DNA of 47,832 nt from NCBI GenBank assembly GCA_002269645.1, contig NIVC01004386.1:1-47832 (forward strand), given 5' to 3'. Below, in pieces: positions 1-15,079 of this stretch. Both the position numbers and the translations under genes were made by a program. This stretch comes from Macrostomum lignano (lineage: Eukaryota). Numbering within the stretch: the first letter of the stretch is position 1; the number at the start of each line of letters is the position of its first letter. Under the pieces are notes generated by a model that had not been told where the DNA came from, did not search any database, and worked only from the letters and a program-made list of their open reading frames with translations.

Positions 1-89
1 TGTTCTCAATCTGGCCTTGAGGTAAAAAGTTTGCTGACCCCTGCACTAAAAGCACTAGGCTTAGGCACGTTCGATAAAAACTGTTAGTG

Positions 90-533
90 CAGTGGTCGGC
101 CAACTTTTTACCTCGAGGGCCAGACGAATAATCCAGCTGATGTCTGTGGGCCAGATGAATAATCCAGCTGATGTCTGTGGGCCAGATGAATAATCCAGCT
201 GATGTCTATGGCCCAGATGAGAGTGGAAAGGAGAGGGAGTGGGGGCGAGAGAAGAGAGGAGAGGAGAGGAGAGGAGAGGAGAGGAGAGGAGAGGAGAGCA
301 GGAGAGGAGAGGAGAGGAGAGGAGAGGAGAAAGGAGAGGAGAGGAGAGGAGAGGAGAAAGGAGAGGAGAGGAGAGGAGAGGTGAGGTGAGGAGAGGAGAG
401 CAGGAGAGATAACTGAGAAGAGACAAACCTTGAGCAGGCTGGATTGTCATTCTAATGTGTCCAAGGATCCGAGGGCCGGATAGAGAGGCTTTGCGGGCTC
501 CATATGGCCCGCGGCCGGAGTTGCCCACCCTTG
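90..533 (+). mobile_element. Non-autonomous hAT-like MITE with an internal 30-bp triplet repeat and GA-rich microsatellite
   Basis: Left end CAGTGGTCGGCCAACTTTTT at 90 and right end GTTGCCCACCCTTG at ~533 form imperfect TIRs. The sequence matches the element at 13618-14958. An inverted left end of the same family lies at 13-43. No clean TSD seen. Confidence 0.65.
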
Positions 534-1316
534 CGCAGTGGAATGGGATTGAGAAAAACATGAACTATTACATGTATATCAGTTTGGTACCCTTATCTTC
601 TAAAGACTCAGAAAAGCCAAAGCCCAAAACCGGCCGACACTTGCTTGAAATTAAAAAAGGCACTTGCAGGATCATGCAAAAAAGTTGGGGGGGGGGGGCT
701 CCAGCCCCCCCCCATGCCCCCCGGTTCCGACACCCCTGACCCCAGATACCAAGCTGCCTAATTTCATAGGTGACAGACGACCCGTCAATCAGCGAGGATG
801 TGCACAGATTGGCTCCCACTAACAATACACCCACCAATTATAATTTTCACCTTACTACTAGTACAGACCGCACTTAGCTATACACAACAGATAGTAAAAT
901 ATTCAGGAAATGTACAAATAAAACAGCTTAAGCATTCGCAGAAAGGTCGGTTCACTCGTTGGCTAAATTTTCAAGCCTACTTTTACAATGAAATGTCTGC
1001 ACAAAAAATTCTGCTAGTACTCAATAGAGAATTCTTACTGTGCGCAATCTTCATCGACCATGCAGTCTTTCCTTTCTCTCCATCTTATTCTCTTAGCCCC
1101 CAATGTGAGTGCGCACGAAGACCCAGCGTGCACAATAGACGTCGCTAGTAAGACTTCTCTCATTCTGTAAAGCAAAATACGGTAAATATAAACTACTGCA
1201 GTTACCATCCAGTAATTTCTTCTCTTTATATGACACAGTCCAACTGTTTCAAAAAAGTATTAATTTCGTTTCCGTAACTAACTAGCAGCTATTGCAGGAT
1301 AATTCGGGAATACAAA

Positions 1317-2622
1317 ATGCATCGGCAAATCATAAAACAATGGCAATCGGCTTTTATAGCGACTCTGCTATTTTCAGCTTTGGCAACCGGCATTTTCTAC
1401 TTTGACAGTCACGTCAGTCAGAGTGGTCGACAGAAAGTTCAACTCAAGCAGTCATGGGTAGCTTCAGAACAGTTCGGAACAATCTTCAACAAGATTAGTG
1501 AGTAAAAAGTAATGTATGATTGTGTCTGCACATTCTTCAAAGCACCAAACTTTCTGTAATATCTTTCAGAGAGAAACAGCTTGTTGATGGCAATCCAAGC
1601 AGCAAAGTCGAGAAGTCCAGCTAACGCAAATTATCAGTATGCTAAGCTGGACGAAAGCTTTTTGATAAATAATTTTCAACGCCTCAAAACGATAGTCAGA
1701 CCTTTGGCAAAAAAGTACACAGCGAAGGTGGACCAGCTGATGGTGCATCGGCTTCCCGTGGTTGACACGAAGCACTGGGAGCTGCGCAGACCCAACGGTG
1801 AGCGGCTGTCTGTTCAAGCAGTGCAGCAGCTGCTCAGAGATCCAACTACAAAGTGCCGAACGCTGTGCACTACATCCTGCATTCAGCGATCCGGTGATCC
1901 AGTTTCACCACTTGGTCTGCATCCTGAGCGGCGTGTGGGTTCTGCGACCCGACTTTGTGATCTTCTGGTACAGCAGCGAGCCGAAGGGACAAAACTGGGA
2001 CCTGCTGAAGCGAAACCTCACCGAGTCCGGTGTGTGGTTCACCAAAGTGTTGCTGGCTCACAGAAGTGTGCCAAAGTCGGTGTACACCCAGCCAGTGCTG
2101 ATCAGAGAGCACCAGTCCGACGTCATTCGAATGGAGGCGCTGCTGGTTTTCGGCGGAGTGTACTTGGACCTCGACGTGATCTCGCTGAGATCGATGCAGC
2201 CGTTGAGAAACTACTCGTTCACCATCGGTCGGGAGCTGCCTCAGAACCTGTGCAACGGAGTGTTCTTGTCAGCGCCGAACTCGACACTGCTGGCTCTGTG
2301 GCACGTGGCCTACCAGTCACTGGACGACTCCGGCTGGGGTGAGCACTCGCTGATGCTGCCCAACCGGCTGTGCCACGCATTTCCTGAGCACTGCCACGTT
2401 GAGCAGGACAGCATGGACCGGCCGAACTTTCTAGCAAAGGAGATTGTGCTCATCTACGGTAAACAGAGAGGCTGGGACTGGCGCAAGAAGAACTACGCAA
2501 TGCACCTGTGGTACCGTATGCACAAGCGCAAGTACAACATGGAGAGCATTAAGCACGTCGACTCAATGCTAGGCGACATGTTTCGATTTGTTTTGTTTGG
2601 TAACAGCACGCTTGTAACCTGA
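1317..2622 (+). CDS. GT32-family glycosyltransferase (alpha-1,4-GlcNAc/Gal transferase-like), copy 1; two 1-bp frameshifts relative to copy 2
   Basis: Exon 1 1317-1497 encodes an N-terminal TM anchor. A phase-1 GT-AG intron spans 1498-1569 and exon 2 spans 1570-2622. Motifs VPNAVHY, SDVIRMEAL and GGVYLDLDV (DxD) are present. Single C deletions at ~1843 and ~1880 versus copy 2 break the frame. Confidence 0.85.
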
Positions 2623-3046
2623 GAAATATCAGCTGAAGTTTGCAATAAATATTGTAACTGGTTCCAAGCTTTTTTTCAGCCAGTAAACTTATTAAACTCT
2701 TCTTTTCGAAGCACAGATAAAAATGCGTACTGTAATGTAAAGAGTTCATGTTACTGAATATATAGTGTCGGTATAAGTTTTATGCAATTGTCAATTTTAG
2801 AAAGACTTGTTATACACATTATTTTGTTTGCAATTTTGTTTACCGATCGCCCTGCGACAGATGTACAGGCTAGTGTTGCTGCTAGCCTGTGGTTAACATG
2901 CAGAGAACGTCGTTCTCGTGCGATCAGACGACACTAAGGCTTCAATGTTAGTTCATATACAGTACGAGCGTGACTTTATTTTCAATTCAACAGTAGCTAT
3001 TGAACCAGTTAATACGAGCTAGCTTGAATCTCCTGACTCAGTAATA

Positions 3047-5043
3047 TGATGGGTTTCGACCTTTCAGGCCCCTTGTGAGGAAGCCTTCGGGCCTCAGGCC
3101 TCAGAAATAAATCAATTAGAGTCCTGGCCCCCCACTCCTGTCAGATGGTCAGCCCCATGGTAGCTTGATCGTGTGGCGAGCAGTCTAGGTCCTATAGCTA
3201 AGAGAGGGACAGCGAGAGACAAGCAGGGAGAATTTTGAAGGTAGAAATTAGCTAATCCGCAGACTAAGCTAACTCGCTGCCACCAGCCCCGTACGTCCTG
3301 GCTCACCACACCGGGACTCTCGAAATCGGGCTTCCGACTAGAAGGGGCTTTGCACTTACCTGCCAACTAGTGTCTTTTTGCTGTCAATCTCGAAGTCATA
3401 GCCGATGATAAGGGACACTGCTGGGACTAGATCGCATTGGCCATGCAGGTACAGAGGGGACTTGTGCAGGGGATTCTTGCAGTGGCGAGTCTATGGGGTA
3501 GCTACATGTACTATTACATTGCTAAATACGAAGATATGTACTTTTGGCCTTCAACGCGCCAACTAGCCTCTCATAGCGCTGATGATAGACTAACTCGAAC
3601 TTCAGAGACCTCGCATGATTCATTACCCGAGCCGCTTGGCTAACCTAGAGTGCACAAAGTACATCTCTGGCGCCGATTCTGCACTTCTGGCAGTTTTGCT
3701 CACTGATTTGATTGATTGATCGACTGAGAACTGCCTTGCCATTGGTCCACTGTGACCGGCGCCTACTAGCTTAGCTACTCATCTGAGCCGTCGGCGAACA
3801 AAGAAATAAAACCGATAAAAATAACTGTTAGATTTGACCTTCTCCTTAGATCACTTCACACCTCAGATTGAATTGGAGTTTCAGACTACTAGCAGTATTA
3901 TTAAGTGATTTCTGCCTCAGTAACAGCACTACTGAACAAAATGAGCAAAAGTGTGCGCCTAATCCAGCTACTGAAACAGGGGACAGATAGGGAATCACCC
4001 AATCAAGCAAGTCTAGGTAGCCTCTCACCCAACCAATCAGAAACTCAACAGCCGGAGACCAGGTAATCCACAGTGACCGAATCGGCTTGATGCTCTGTAG
4101 CTGTAGACTCGGGATGATGCTGACACAATCTTCGCTGATAGCTAGCAGGTGATGATCTTCGCTTGATATTCGCTGCTGATGACCGGGGGACTCGTCCTTG
4201 ATGATGATGGGGGGGGGGGGGAAGTCGCAATCCGGGGATCAAGAAACGACGGTCAGGCTCCGGGAGGTCTCTAGCTAGGCCAAGTTCCCAGGAGGTTGAG
4301 GTCCGAGCGGGCCAAAAACACCGGTTTAAATAGCCGCCAACTGGACCGCAGTTTGTTATAATGGAACACGTCGATTCTGATTGGCTGAGCCGTTTTGTTA
4401 AAATGAGCGTCGAATTTTCTGATTGACTAAGCTTGTTGCTACCCAGAATCACGTGACCGAGAGATCCTATCAGTTCCCACAGGGTCGTAAAAAGATGACA
4501 GGTGCGGCCATAAATCAATCAAAATCGCAACAAAATAATTTATGACTTTTCGCGTAGGATTGACAGAAATTAATGAAAAAATATACATTAGAAAGCTCTT
4601 ATTAAATAGAAAGTGAAGATAATGAAGAGAAATTGCTAATCACTAATCCCAAAGTACTTTTAGGGGTAAAACGCATAGCTGTCAAAGCTGTCACACGCTT
4701 GAGTGAACACGAACAATAGGCCCTGACCTCATAAATCTTGATGGCCTGTCAAAATGATGAGAAAAAAGCTACCGCCCGCATCCCCTCAGACCATCTGGCG
4801 CCCGCCTCAACACTGAGTGAGGCGCAGGTGGCTGTCAGACCAGCTTCGAAAGCGATGATTTATGACCCAAAAAGCAATGCCTATGTTATTATGACTACTA
4901 GTATGGCCAGACATTATATCTAGTATAGATTCTATGACAATTTGCAGAAAAAGGATAAAAATGCCCATTGCCCACTGTTAGTAGGCAAGTAAGTTCAGAG
5001 CCATGTGCTGGCGCGGGATTTGGGAAAAAGTGCGTCCTCATCA
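3047..5043 (-). mobile_element. Solo LTR (~2.0 kb), probably Ty3/Gypsy
   Basis: Termini TGATG...CATCA with 4-bp TSD AATA (3043-3046 and 5044-5047). It is a reverse-complement homolog of 15080-17087 and retains CCAAT-box motifs. Confidence 0.8.
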
Positions 5044-5254
5044 AATATAGCTGGCAAATGATTTAGGCAAGTCGATTGGGTCTTTTTATTTGGTCAAATT
5101 CAATAACATACCTGATATGGAGCACGTGAAAGAATTAACACTGACAATGACTACGGAGCACAGGGCAAAGATACCTCACTAAATTTACTAGGTAGTTCTA
5201 ACTTTCACATGGTGTAAATAGTGGGTCCCAAGGTTCGTAAATGACCAGATTAGG

Positions 5255-6712
5255 CGGAACGCCACGAGGAGACTGGCGCAACTCGATCATGCGCTGGTTC
5301 GCATGAGCGAGCGCCGCCTCATCACCATGGCTCCGCTGGCTCCCCGATCAGACCATCGACCTCTGATCTGCGACTTGCGGCTCAACGACCAGCTCTACCG
5401 ACCACCAAAGCAGCAGCCACGGCGCTACTATCGCGCTCTGTCGGACACCCGCGTGAAGCGTCGATTCGCGGGCGCCTTCGTCGGCGCGCTTGGAGACCAG
5501 CGAGGCGAAGTATTCCGACATCAGCACCGCCGTTAGAGCCGTTGCGGAGCAGAAGGTCCCGCTGATGCGAAATCGCTGCCTGTCTGGCAGAGCGACCCGA
5601 CCATCAGGCAGGCGCGGTTCAACATCGAGCGACTCTGCAGAAACCGGTGGCCCACGGGCGATGCTGAAGACGCGTTTAAGCGCCTTATAGATAAGCGGCA
5701 ACAGGCCGCTGTCGACGACGCCGTCCGGTCCATCACTGCAGCCGGCACCGACCTGAAGAGCGGCAGTGTGGACGGCCGACGGAGGCGCAAAAAGTGCGTG
5801 GCGCTGAATTTAGCCGGTGACACCCTGGAGGAATGCAGGAATGAATCGCGCGACTTTTTCGCCGGCATCGTGAACGCGTTCGTGTCGCCGCTGTCTGTTA
5901 GTTTTGCGCTCCCACCGGACACGCCGCTCCCAGCTGAGGAGGACTTCTGCACCAGACCAGTCTCCACGGAGGACGTTGTGCTGTTCGCTCAGAAAATATC
6001 AGGCGGCAAGGCGCTCGGTCCCGACGAAGTCCCGGTCGAGCCGCTGTGTGGCCTCCCAGGTCACAGGCGTCATGAACCGCGTGCTCGCTGGTGCCCCCGC
6101 GCCCACGGAGTGGACCGTTGGGCACATCGCGCCGATCCCGAAGAAGGCAGGGACAACGCGGAAAGACCACCGCGGGATCTCGCTGATGTCCTGCACCGCG
6201 AAGCTTCAACCGGCTGCTGCTCGATCGTCTGCAGTCGGTGCTGGACCCGTACCTGCCGTACGAGCAGAACGGATTCCGGCCGCAACGCGGTACAGTGACA
6301 CATATCCTGGCACTCCGCCGTGCCATCGAGGAGCCGCGTATCCGCCAGTCTACGCTGATCATTGTCTTCGTTGACTTTCTAAAGTCGTTTGACTCGGTGC
6401 TGAGAGCCGCGCGTCTTTCGAGCCTACCGGGTCCCGCAGCAGCTAATCGACGCTGTCATGGCGTTGTATTGCGACACTCGAGCTGCTGTGGTGACGGCGG
6501 ACCGCCTGTCTGACCTGTTCGACACTTAATCAGAAGTTCTGCAGGGCGACACGCTGGCGCCGTTCCTCTACGCGCTGCTGCTGGACTGAGTGCTTCGAAC
6601 CGCACTCCCCTCGGCTGACGACGGCTTCCTGCTGCGCAGACGTATCAGTCACCGCCACGGCGAAAAGCGCCTGAGCGTGCTTGGCTACGTCGACGACCTC
6701 GCTCTCCTGTCT
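5255..6712 (+). pseudogene. Decayed non-LTR retrotransposon (LINE, RTE-like): end of APE endonuclease plus reverse transcriptase
   Basis: Motifs LDHALVR and SDHRPL (APE C-terminus), then PIPKK, RGISL, EQNGFRP, VFVDFLKSFDSV, LQGDTLAP and YVDD, spread over several frames with stops. It is truncated just after YVDD. Confidence 0.85.
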
Positions 6713-7120
6713 ACCAGTCTACCAGTTTACCAGCGTTGTAGATAGAGATCCGATTTTTTACTGGTTGACCGTCGTAAAAATGAAATTCGCAACTTGTTTA
6801 TGAAGATATCCTCTTACACCTACTTGGCGTCAAAAGTATGCGTCGCACTCAGCTAAGGTGTACAATTCTCTGTACGCGCCTGTGTGTATGCAACTGTACA
6901 GGGCTGCTGTAAACCACTGATAAGAAATAACACGGCTGAAATGCCTTCCTCGCTCAAGCGCTACATGTAATATAATAATAGGTACAGCTAAATTTCAGGA
7001 GTTGACTATAAAAAAGTTAGCCAACCGACTAACCTCAATATGCAAGCACGTTAGAGCTCAGCCTATCCCCATACTAACCGTTGAATTTTCTATATCCTCA
7101 GATCACCGTTAGATCTCTAG

Positions 7121-8608
7121 ATGCCGAACTGCAGCACAAGCCAGAGCCGCCGTGGATTCGCCATCCTTCTAGCAATTTCCGTGTGCCTGACCTTGGCGTA
7201 TTGGACATTGGCTAAAGCATACACACCTGGTAAATATTTTACAATAAGTTTGAATGTACAGTGGACAGTGGATAAGCGCATATAAGTAATTGAATGACAC
7301 GAATTCCTGTCTGTGCCTGCTGTGCGCTCGTAAGAAGAGGAAAATGGTTATAGAATTTGTTGTATTTTATTATAATAGAACGATTTTTAGCTTTTAGATA
7401 AAGTTGCTTCTGATGCGGTAAATTCCGAGAGTAGAACTCATTTTTCATGAGTAAAATATTAGGCAATGGATAGAAATCAATCTATAAAAATTTCTGATTG
7501 ACGGACATTACACTGCTAAAATTTTTTTGGTTACATTTTATATTATCGAATTTCAGATAACAGCACGATCTACTCACGTGAAGAGCTAAAAAATCAATCC
7601 GTCAATTGCAAGGCCTTCCTCTATGCACAACTTGATGTTGACTTTCTAGTTGAAAAATTCGATTTGTTGAAGAAGATCGTGAAACCACTGGCAAGGAAAT
7701 ACGAATCGAAGGTGGACCAGCTGATGGTGCATCGGCTTCCCGTGGTTGACACGAAGCACTGGGAGCTGCGCAGACCCAACGGTGAGCGGCTGTCTGTTCA
7801 AGCAGTGCAGCAGCTGCTCAGAGATCCCAACTACAAAGTGCCGAACGCTGTGCACTACATCCTGCCATTCAGCGATCCGGTGATCCAGTTTCACCACTTG
7901 GTCTGCATCCTGAGCGGCGTGTGGGTTCTGCGACCCGACTTTGTGATCTTCTGGTACAGCAGCGAGCCGAAGGGACAAAACTGGGACCTGCTGAAGCGAA
8001 ACCTCACCGAGTCCGGTGTGTGGTTCACCAAAGTGTTGCTGGCTCACAGAAGTGTGCCAAAGTCGGTGTACACCCAGCCAGTGCTGATCAGAGAGCACCA
8101 GTCCGACGTCATTCGAATGGAGGCGCTGCTGGTTTTCGGCGGAGTGTACTTGGACCTCGACGTGATCTCGCTGAGATCGATGCAGCCGTTGAGAAACTAC
8201 TCGTTCACCATCGGTCGGGAGCTGCCTCAGAACCTGTGCAACGGAGTGTTCTTGTCAGCGCCGAACTCGACACTGCTGGCTCTGTGGCACGTGGCCTACC
8301 AGTCACTGGACGACTCCGGCTGGGGTGAGCACTCGCTGATGCTGCCCAACCAGCTGTGCCACGCATTTCCTGAGCACTGCCACGTTGAGCAGGACAGCAT
8401 GGACCGTCCGAACTTTCTAGCAAAGGAGATTGTGCTCATCTACGGTAAACAGAGAGGCTGGGAATGGCGCAAGAAGAACTACGCAATGCACCTGTGGTAC
8501 CGTATGCACAAGCGCAAGTACAACATGGAGAGCATTAAGCACGTCGACTCAATGCTCGGCGACATGTTCAGATTCGTATTGTTCGGAAATAGCAGCTTGC
8601 AACACTGA
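7121..8608 (+). CDS. GT32-family glycosyltransferase, copy 2 (intact, 386 aa)
   Basis: Exon 1 7121-7229 (MPNCSTSQSRRGFAILLAISVCLTLAYW, TM anchor), phase-1 GT-AG intron 7230-7556, exon 2 7557-8608 open throughout. Contains GGVYLDLDV DxD motif. Confidence 0.9.
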
Positions 8609-9357
8609 AAATGTTGCAATAACGTTTGAGAAACTTACAGACACTCAAACCTCACATACCCTCATAGTCTCACAATAACAAAATGCTTCGTATTTTACGC
8701 GATCAAAAAATAACATGGTAGCATTTAAATTCAACGACGTCTCGTGAAAAATGGTACCCGTTTTTCCAAAAGATGAACGTCTGCTCACGATTCCCATGTT
8801 TCATTGCTTCTATTATAGCTACTCTAAGTAGCATAGAGCAATTATAGCATTTGAATGTTGTAAATTTAGATAGTAGACATTCGATGTGTACGCGAATATT
8901 GCAATAAATCTGAACACAACGGCTGTAGACGGTACTCGATCCACGTCTACGAGCGTGTTATATTACATGCAAGGACTACTCAAGTAACATATATATATCT
9001 ACTTAAGTTGTCCTTGATTACATGTGCTACGAACTAATTGAAGGATATACAGCAGTAAAACACAAGCAAAAAATTACCACAGCACATTAATATACTCGGA
9101 GCATTTATTATAACAGATCAGTTGAGAATAGAATCAACAAATTTAACGATCCTTTCTTAAGACGCGAATGCTACAAATACTTTGATTAAGCGTTAAAGTT
9201 TAAAAGCTTGCTTGATTTACGCGAAGAAACAAAACGATTACTACGATTTGCATGTACGATCTTTTGGCATTTGCTTTGCTTCTACGAATACTACTGGAAA
9301 CTTGGTCAACAACGACGAAAGTGTCCAACTGCTGTTTTCTCTTGATGAAATTTCAAA

Positions 9358-10217
9358 TTAAATTAATGCTGTTATTTGACCGCTCATTGAACTGTGTCTC
9401 ACCTGGCGCACCTCGCTGCGCCAACGATTCAATCGCCTCTTCCGCAGTACGATAAATATCGCTACTGATGCTAAAACGAATACGGCACCTATCGCAGTAG
9501 TAGTCAGAGCCGCTGACAGTGTATGCATGTCGTTGATGCCAGCTGGTGATATTCTAACAAACTGTTGCTGTCGTAGTTCTTGTCTTAATATAGCCTCAGC
9601 ACAGTAGTTATTGTCGCTGCAGGCAAACTCCAGCATGCGATACCCCTTCAGACCTTTTGTGTCCACAAGGTACGCAAGGCTCAGAGGATCGGCAATGCAG
9701 GCGACCTCTCCGACTCGTTTTTCTCCTAGCACAACCAGACTGTAGTTAACACACATCGATCTTAATGCGTCGTCTGTCCCGCAACGACGCGACAGGCCGT
9801 TCTTTTGATTGACACAAACTGCACTACCGTCTGCAGTAGGGTGGCAAATGCAAAGTCCGCAATGCGTCGATGGCTACCACGTGGGCGTGAGCCTGCGTAG
9901 AGTTGTTTATCGGCGCAAGAAAGATCCAAGGCAAGCAGTCTGCTCCTGCTCTTCTGGTGTAAGCTCGGCGGCAGCGGTGGGATTGCCACAAACGCTCGTG
10001 CCCAGCAGCCTGACTGACAAGCTGCGATGCTGCTTCGAGAGAGAGCATCCGTGCTGCTCGCGTTGATGCAATCAACAAGTCCTTGACAACGAAAGCTACG
10101 ACAATAAAGCGACGAAATCGTCTGCTTCAACTGTTGCGAACATACAGTCGGACAAGCAAATATTAACTGTTTGATGACCGCTAATAGAACTATGTTTAGT
10201 TGAGCATTCAGAACCAT
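9358..10217 (-). CDS. Putative LRR-like single-pass membrane protein, interrupted by a frameshift near 9780-9850
   Basis: ORF 10217-9762 has a signal-like N-terminus, CPTVCS (LRRNT-like) and LRR-like pieces (IPPLPPSL, LLALDLS, IADFAFATL). A second frame continues into a Cys cap, a TM helix (IGAVFVLASVAIFIVL) and RKRR. The family call is by motif resemblance only. Confidence 0.45.
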
Positions 10218-11142
10218 AGGAAAGCTATTTAGAAGCTAAACTTGATTGAGTTCAGATGCATGCATTGATTGCTCCAACCAAAGCATTGGTTTCTATATAT
10301 ACATACTTATGGGCACGCGTGATTGGTTCCCTCTAAATTGCAATCTGAATCTATACTCACTTTGGTATAAAGTGAAGCATCTAGAGATTCTGTGTTAGCT
10401 CACCGTTAGAAAATGAGCTTATATAAACAATACAAAAGGCAAGAGTGGACAGCAGGATCCTGAACCCAGATTAACGGTTGTTAACTGCAACTTAGTTGAT
10501 CCAAGCGGTCATTCCCAGGATCACTTAACCGAGAGGTAGCGAGCAATTAGGATCCTGCCCATTCAATAGCGATGAGTCATCTGCTTCACCTCACCTGCCG
10601 TAGCAATTTTTCCTCTTCCTTCATCGCACAGTTCAGAAATTAGATAGGACCTACATCGACGGGCTCCTAAGATCGTGGTGATCTCCTTGGCAAGGTGAGA
10701 TAGCATCGATTCCCTTAATTATGTGCTCCAATCTTTCTGTTCAAATTGTCGCATTACGATCCAGTGATCTAACGTCACTTGTGATAGCTATCGAAGTTTT
10801 CATTGAAAGAATTTTGAGAAAGAAAGAAGCCTGTAAAATGAGACAAAAAGCCCAGGAATTGTGGTACGAGCTGAGTTAGTATGCAGCCAAAGCACGAATC
10901 TTTGTGTGTAGACTTACAATTGAAGCTTAGCCTGGCGTACTAAAAGGGTATATAGAAAGATGCAGGTCGCATATTGTCTTCTGTGTTTCTGCGTTCGCAT
11001 CTGAGTTTGTGTGTGCATGCATATTTTCAAGGCTTATATATTGACACTTAGAAGCTACAAAACCATTCCACAATCTTCTCTATTCAAACACTGAATGAAG
11101 ACTCTCTATTGAGAGCTCTGCCTTTCGAAAAAAACAGTCTAG

Positions 11143-12635
<1,493 letters not shown>

Positions 12636-12880
12636 CTGTCCTTATATTACTCATACAATTTTATGCAAATAAGTGCATGTACGTTAGTCATCAAGTTTTG
12701 GTGTTAGGAATTTTTTAAATATTTTATGCAGCATATTGACAAAATATACGTCCTGCTTATACACACTCGTACTATATACATGTAGTACCGCTCGATCTGG
12801 GTGGGGTTTCCCTGTAGATAATTACCGGTCTATACTAAAAAACCTATCTCGAGAGCATATACTAATGTGTTTAGCTAGTA

Positions 12881-13360
12881 CAGGGGCGTCGCCAACGGGG
12901 GGACAGGGGGACATGCCCCCCCCCCCAGTAAAAGATCTGGGGGGGCATGCCAATGCTTTGTCCCCCACCCCACCTTGTGCCCGTTGTGGAAATCAATAAT
13001 TTTGCTGCATGGCGACAAAAAATAGCACCTGCAGCGCTAAAATGGTGCCTGCGGCACTAAAATGGTGCCTGCGGCGCTAAAACGAGTGCCTGCGGCGCTA
13101 AAATGAGTTCTTGTGGTGCTAAAATGAGTGCCTGCGGCGCTAGAATGAGTTAGAATGAGCTAGAATGCGCTAGAATGAGAATGATGCCCCTTCGGCATCA
13201 TTTTAGCGCTTGTGGCGCTAAAATGAGTCACCGTGGCGCTAAAATGAGTGCTGACAACATCGATTCTGAGAAGAATGTACATGTAAGAATTTAGTCGTTT
13301 ACATGTACATGTACATCATGTACATGTAGAATTCTTGGCTTTGTCCCCCACCATAAAGCA
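12881..13360 (+). mobile_element. MITE-like fragment with 21-bp minisatellite (GCGGCGCTAAAATGAGTGCCT)
   Basis: Starts with CAGGGGCGTCGCCA, whose reverse complement ends the related fragment at 38706-38719. The two share the minisatellite and the downstream ACATGTAG..TTCTT.GCTTT.TCCCCC segment. Confidence 0.55.
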
Positions 13361-13617
13361 ATGCCGAATTAAATTTCCAACCGGCATCCAGCTCATTTCT
13401 AAAAAAACAAATTTTACACTCTGCTGTGCACATAGTGCATGTAAATGTAAATATATCTATATATACAGCTTCATGTGCACTACTGGTATTACGGGTGCAT
13501 GTGAATTTAACATCAATTATAATTATCGTAAATATATATAAATGTATAGTACATGTAATTTGCTTATTATAAAGTTTTATCCTTCTGCGTTGATAATCTG
13601 ACATGCTTACCTTAAAT

Positions 13618-14958
13618 CAGGGTTCGGCAAACTTTTACATCGAGGGCCATGCAGACAATGAGTCTAGATCATTGCTGCGGGCCAGGTGAGAAAGAAATGG
13701 GGAATAGATCAGAGAGAAGAGGAAAGAGGAGATGAGAGATGAGAGAATATATGAGAGGTGAGAGGCGGGATAAAAGATGAGATGAGAGAGAAGATAAGAG
13801 GAGAGATGAGAAGACAGCTATAGGAGAGGAGAGAACCAGTGTTGGGCACCGTTAATGAAAATCTTAACTTCCGTTAATAGCAAAAGCGTTAGCGTTAAAA
13901 CAAAAAATCTTAACTTTTTAACTCCTAATTTCGTTAAGTTAACTGAAAGTTAACTGATAATCGTTAATAAGCGTTAATCCGTTAAAGTTAACACAGAAAA
14001 TACGGAAATCTTGCACGTTTTTTCCAAAACAGACTTCGTATTGCACGTCTAGTTGCTATTCCATCTTTAAGCGAAACACAGAGGTCATCTAAGCGATTTG
14101 AAAGCTAAAAAAGTAATAAATAATCATTTTAAAAACTTGCATGCATAATACTACTAAAAGTAAAGCATATGGTAAAAAAAGAAACTTTTTTATTTGACAC
14201 TTAAAAGCTAATAGCGAGAAATTCATAATTAAATACGCATAGGAAGGTTGTTTCAGTACCATTAGCAGGCGCAGCAGAAAGTTGCGAAAGATTGGGACAG
14301 AAGTGAATCAAAGCGATCGATGCTCACGCGCAAGAAATAAAGTTTCACACTATTTTAATTCATTATTTTAAAGTTTATTTGTAAGAAGTTGTTAATTACA
14401 TGTACGTCTGTATGATCATCGTCATAAATAAAGAGATTATATTTAGGCATATAGGTAGCTCAAATACGTTCGTAATGTTTAAACTTCTTGTAAGACTTCT
14501 ATTTTTCGTTCCTTCTTTGCGTCTTTGGTCATTGACATAGACACTACCGTTAACGATGAATTTATCGTTAATTCACAAAAGTTTTAACGCAAATTCGTTA
14601 ATCCGTTAGTTCAAAAAATCTTAACGACAGTCCGTTAACGTTAATGAAAAATCTTAACGCTTATTAACGCTTATTAACGGATTAACGCTTATTAACGGAC
14701 TGGTGCCCAACACTGGAGAGAACAAAATTAGGAGAGGAGTTGAGAGGGGAGAGGAGAGAGATGAGAGAAGATGAGAAGAGAGAGATGAGATGAGAGTGGA
14801 GACGGGGAGAGGAGAGAAAAGAGAGAAGACGGGAGAGAGGAGAGGAGAGACAAACCACGAACAAGCGCGGTTTTAAATTATAAAGGACCCGCAAGGGCTG
14901 GATAGAGGCTTCAGAGAGCCGCATGGCCCGCAGGCCGTAGTTTGCCGACCGCTAGCTG
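13618..14958 (+). mobile_element. Non-autonomous hAT element (outer) with GA-rich interior
   Basis: Left TIR CAGGGTTCGGCAAACT and right end AGTTTGCCGACCGCTAGCTG, flanked by 8-bp TSD CCTTAAAT (13610-13617 and 14959-14966). Confidence 0.85.
13837..14715. mobile_element. hAT MITE (879 bp) nested in the outer hAT element
   Basis: Perfect 14-bp TIR CAGTGTTGGGCACC / GGTGCCCAACACTG and 8-bp TSD GAGAGAAC (13829-13836 and 14716-14723). Subterminal GTTAAC/CGTTAA repeats. Confidence 0.92.
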
Positions 14959-15079
14959 CCTTAAATCGATTTAGCGCGGCTTTAGTGTCCGATGGAGAGC
15001 TTAAGATCGTAGTGCAGAAGCCATGTACTATGTCACTGTACTGTCAATGTCAATGTCTGTCTGCTTTTTTACAGTATAC

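Noticed and set aside
61-561. ORFs of 60-166 aa rich in LSSPL or ERRGE
   Set aside because: They are translations of the GA microsatellite.
10450-10560. Twin CAGGATCCT palindromes suggesting a structured ncRNA
   Set aside because: Only a short stem is supported and no known snRNA or spliced-leader motif was recognised.
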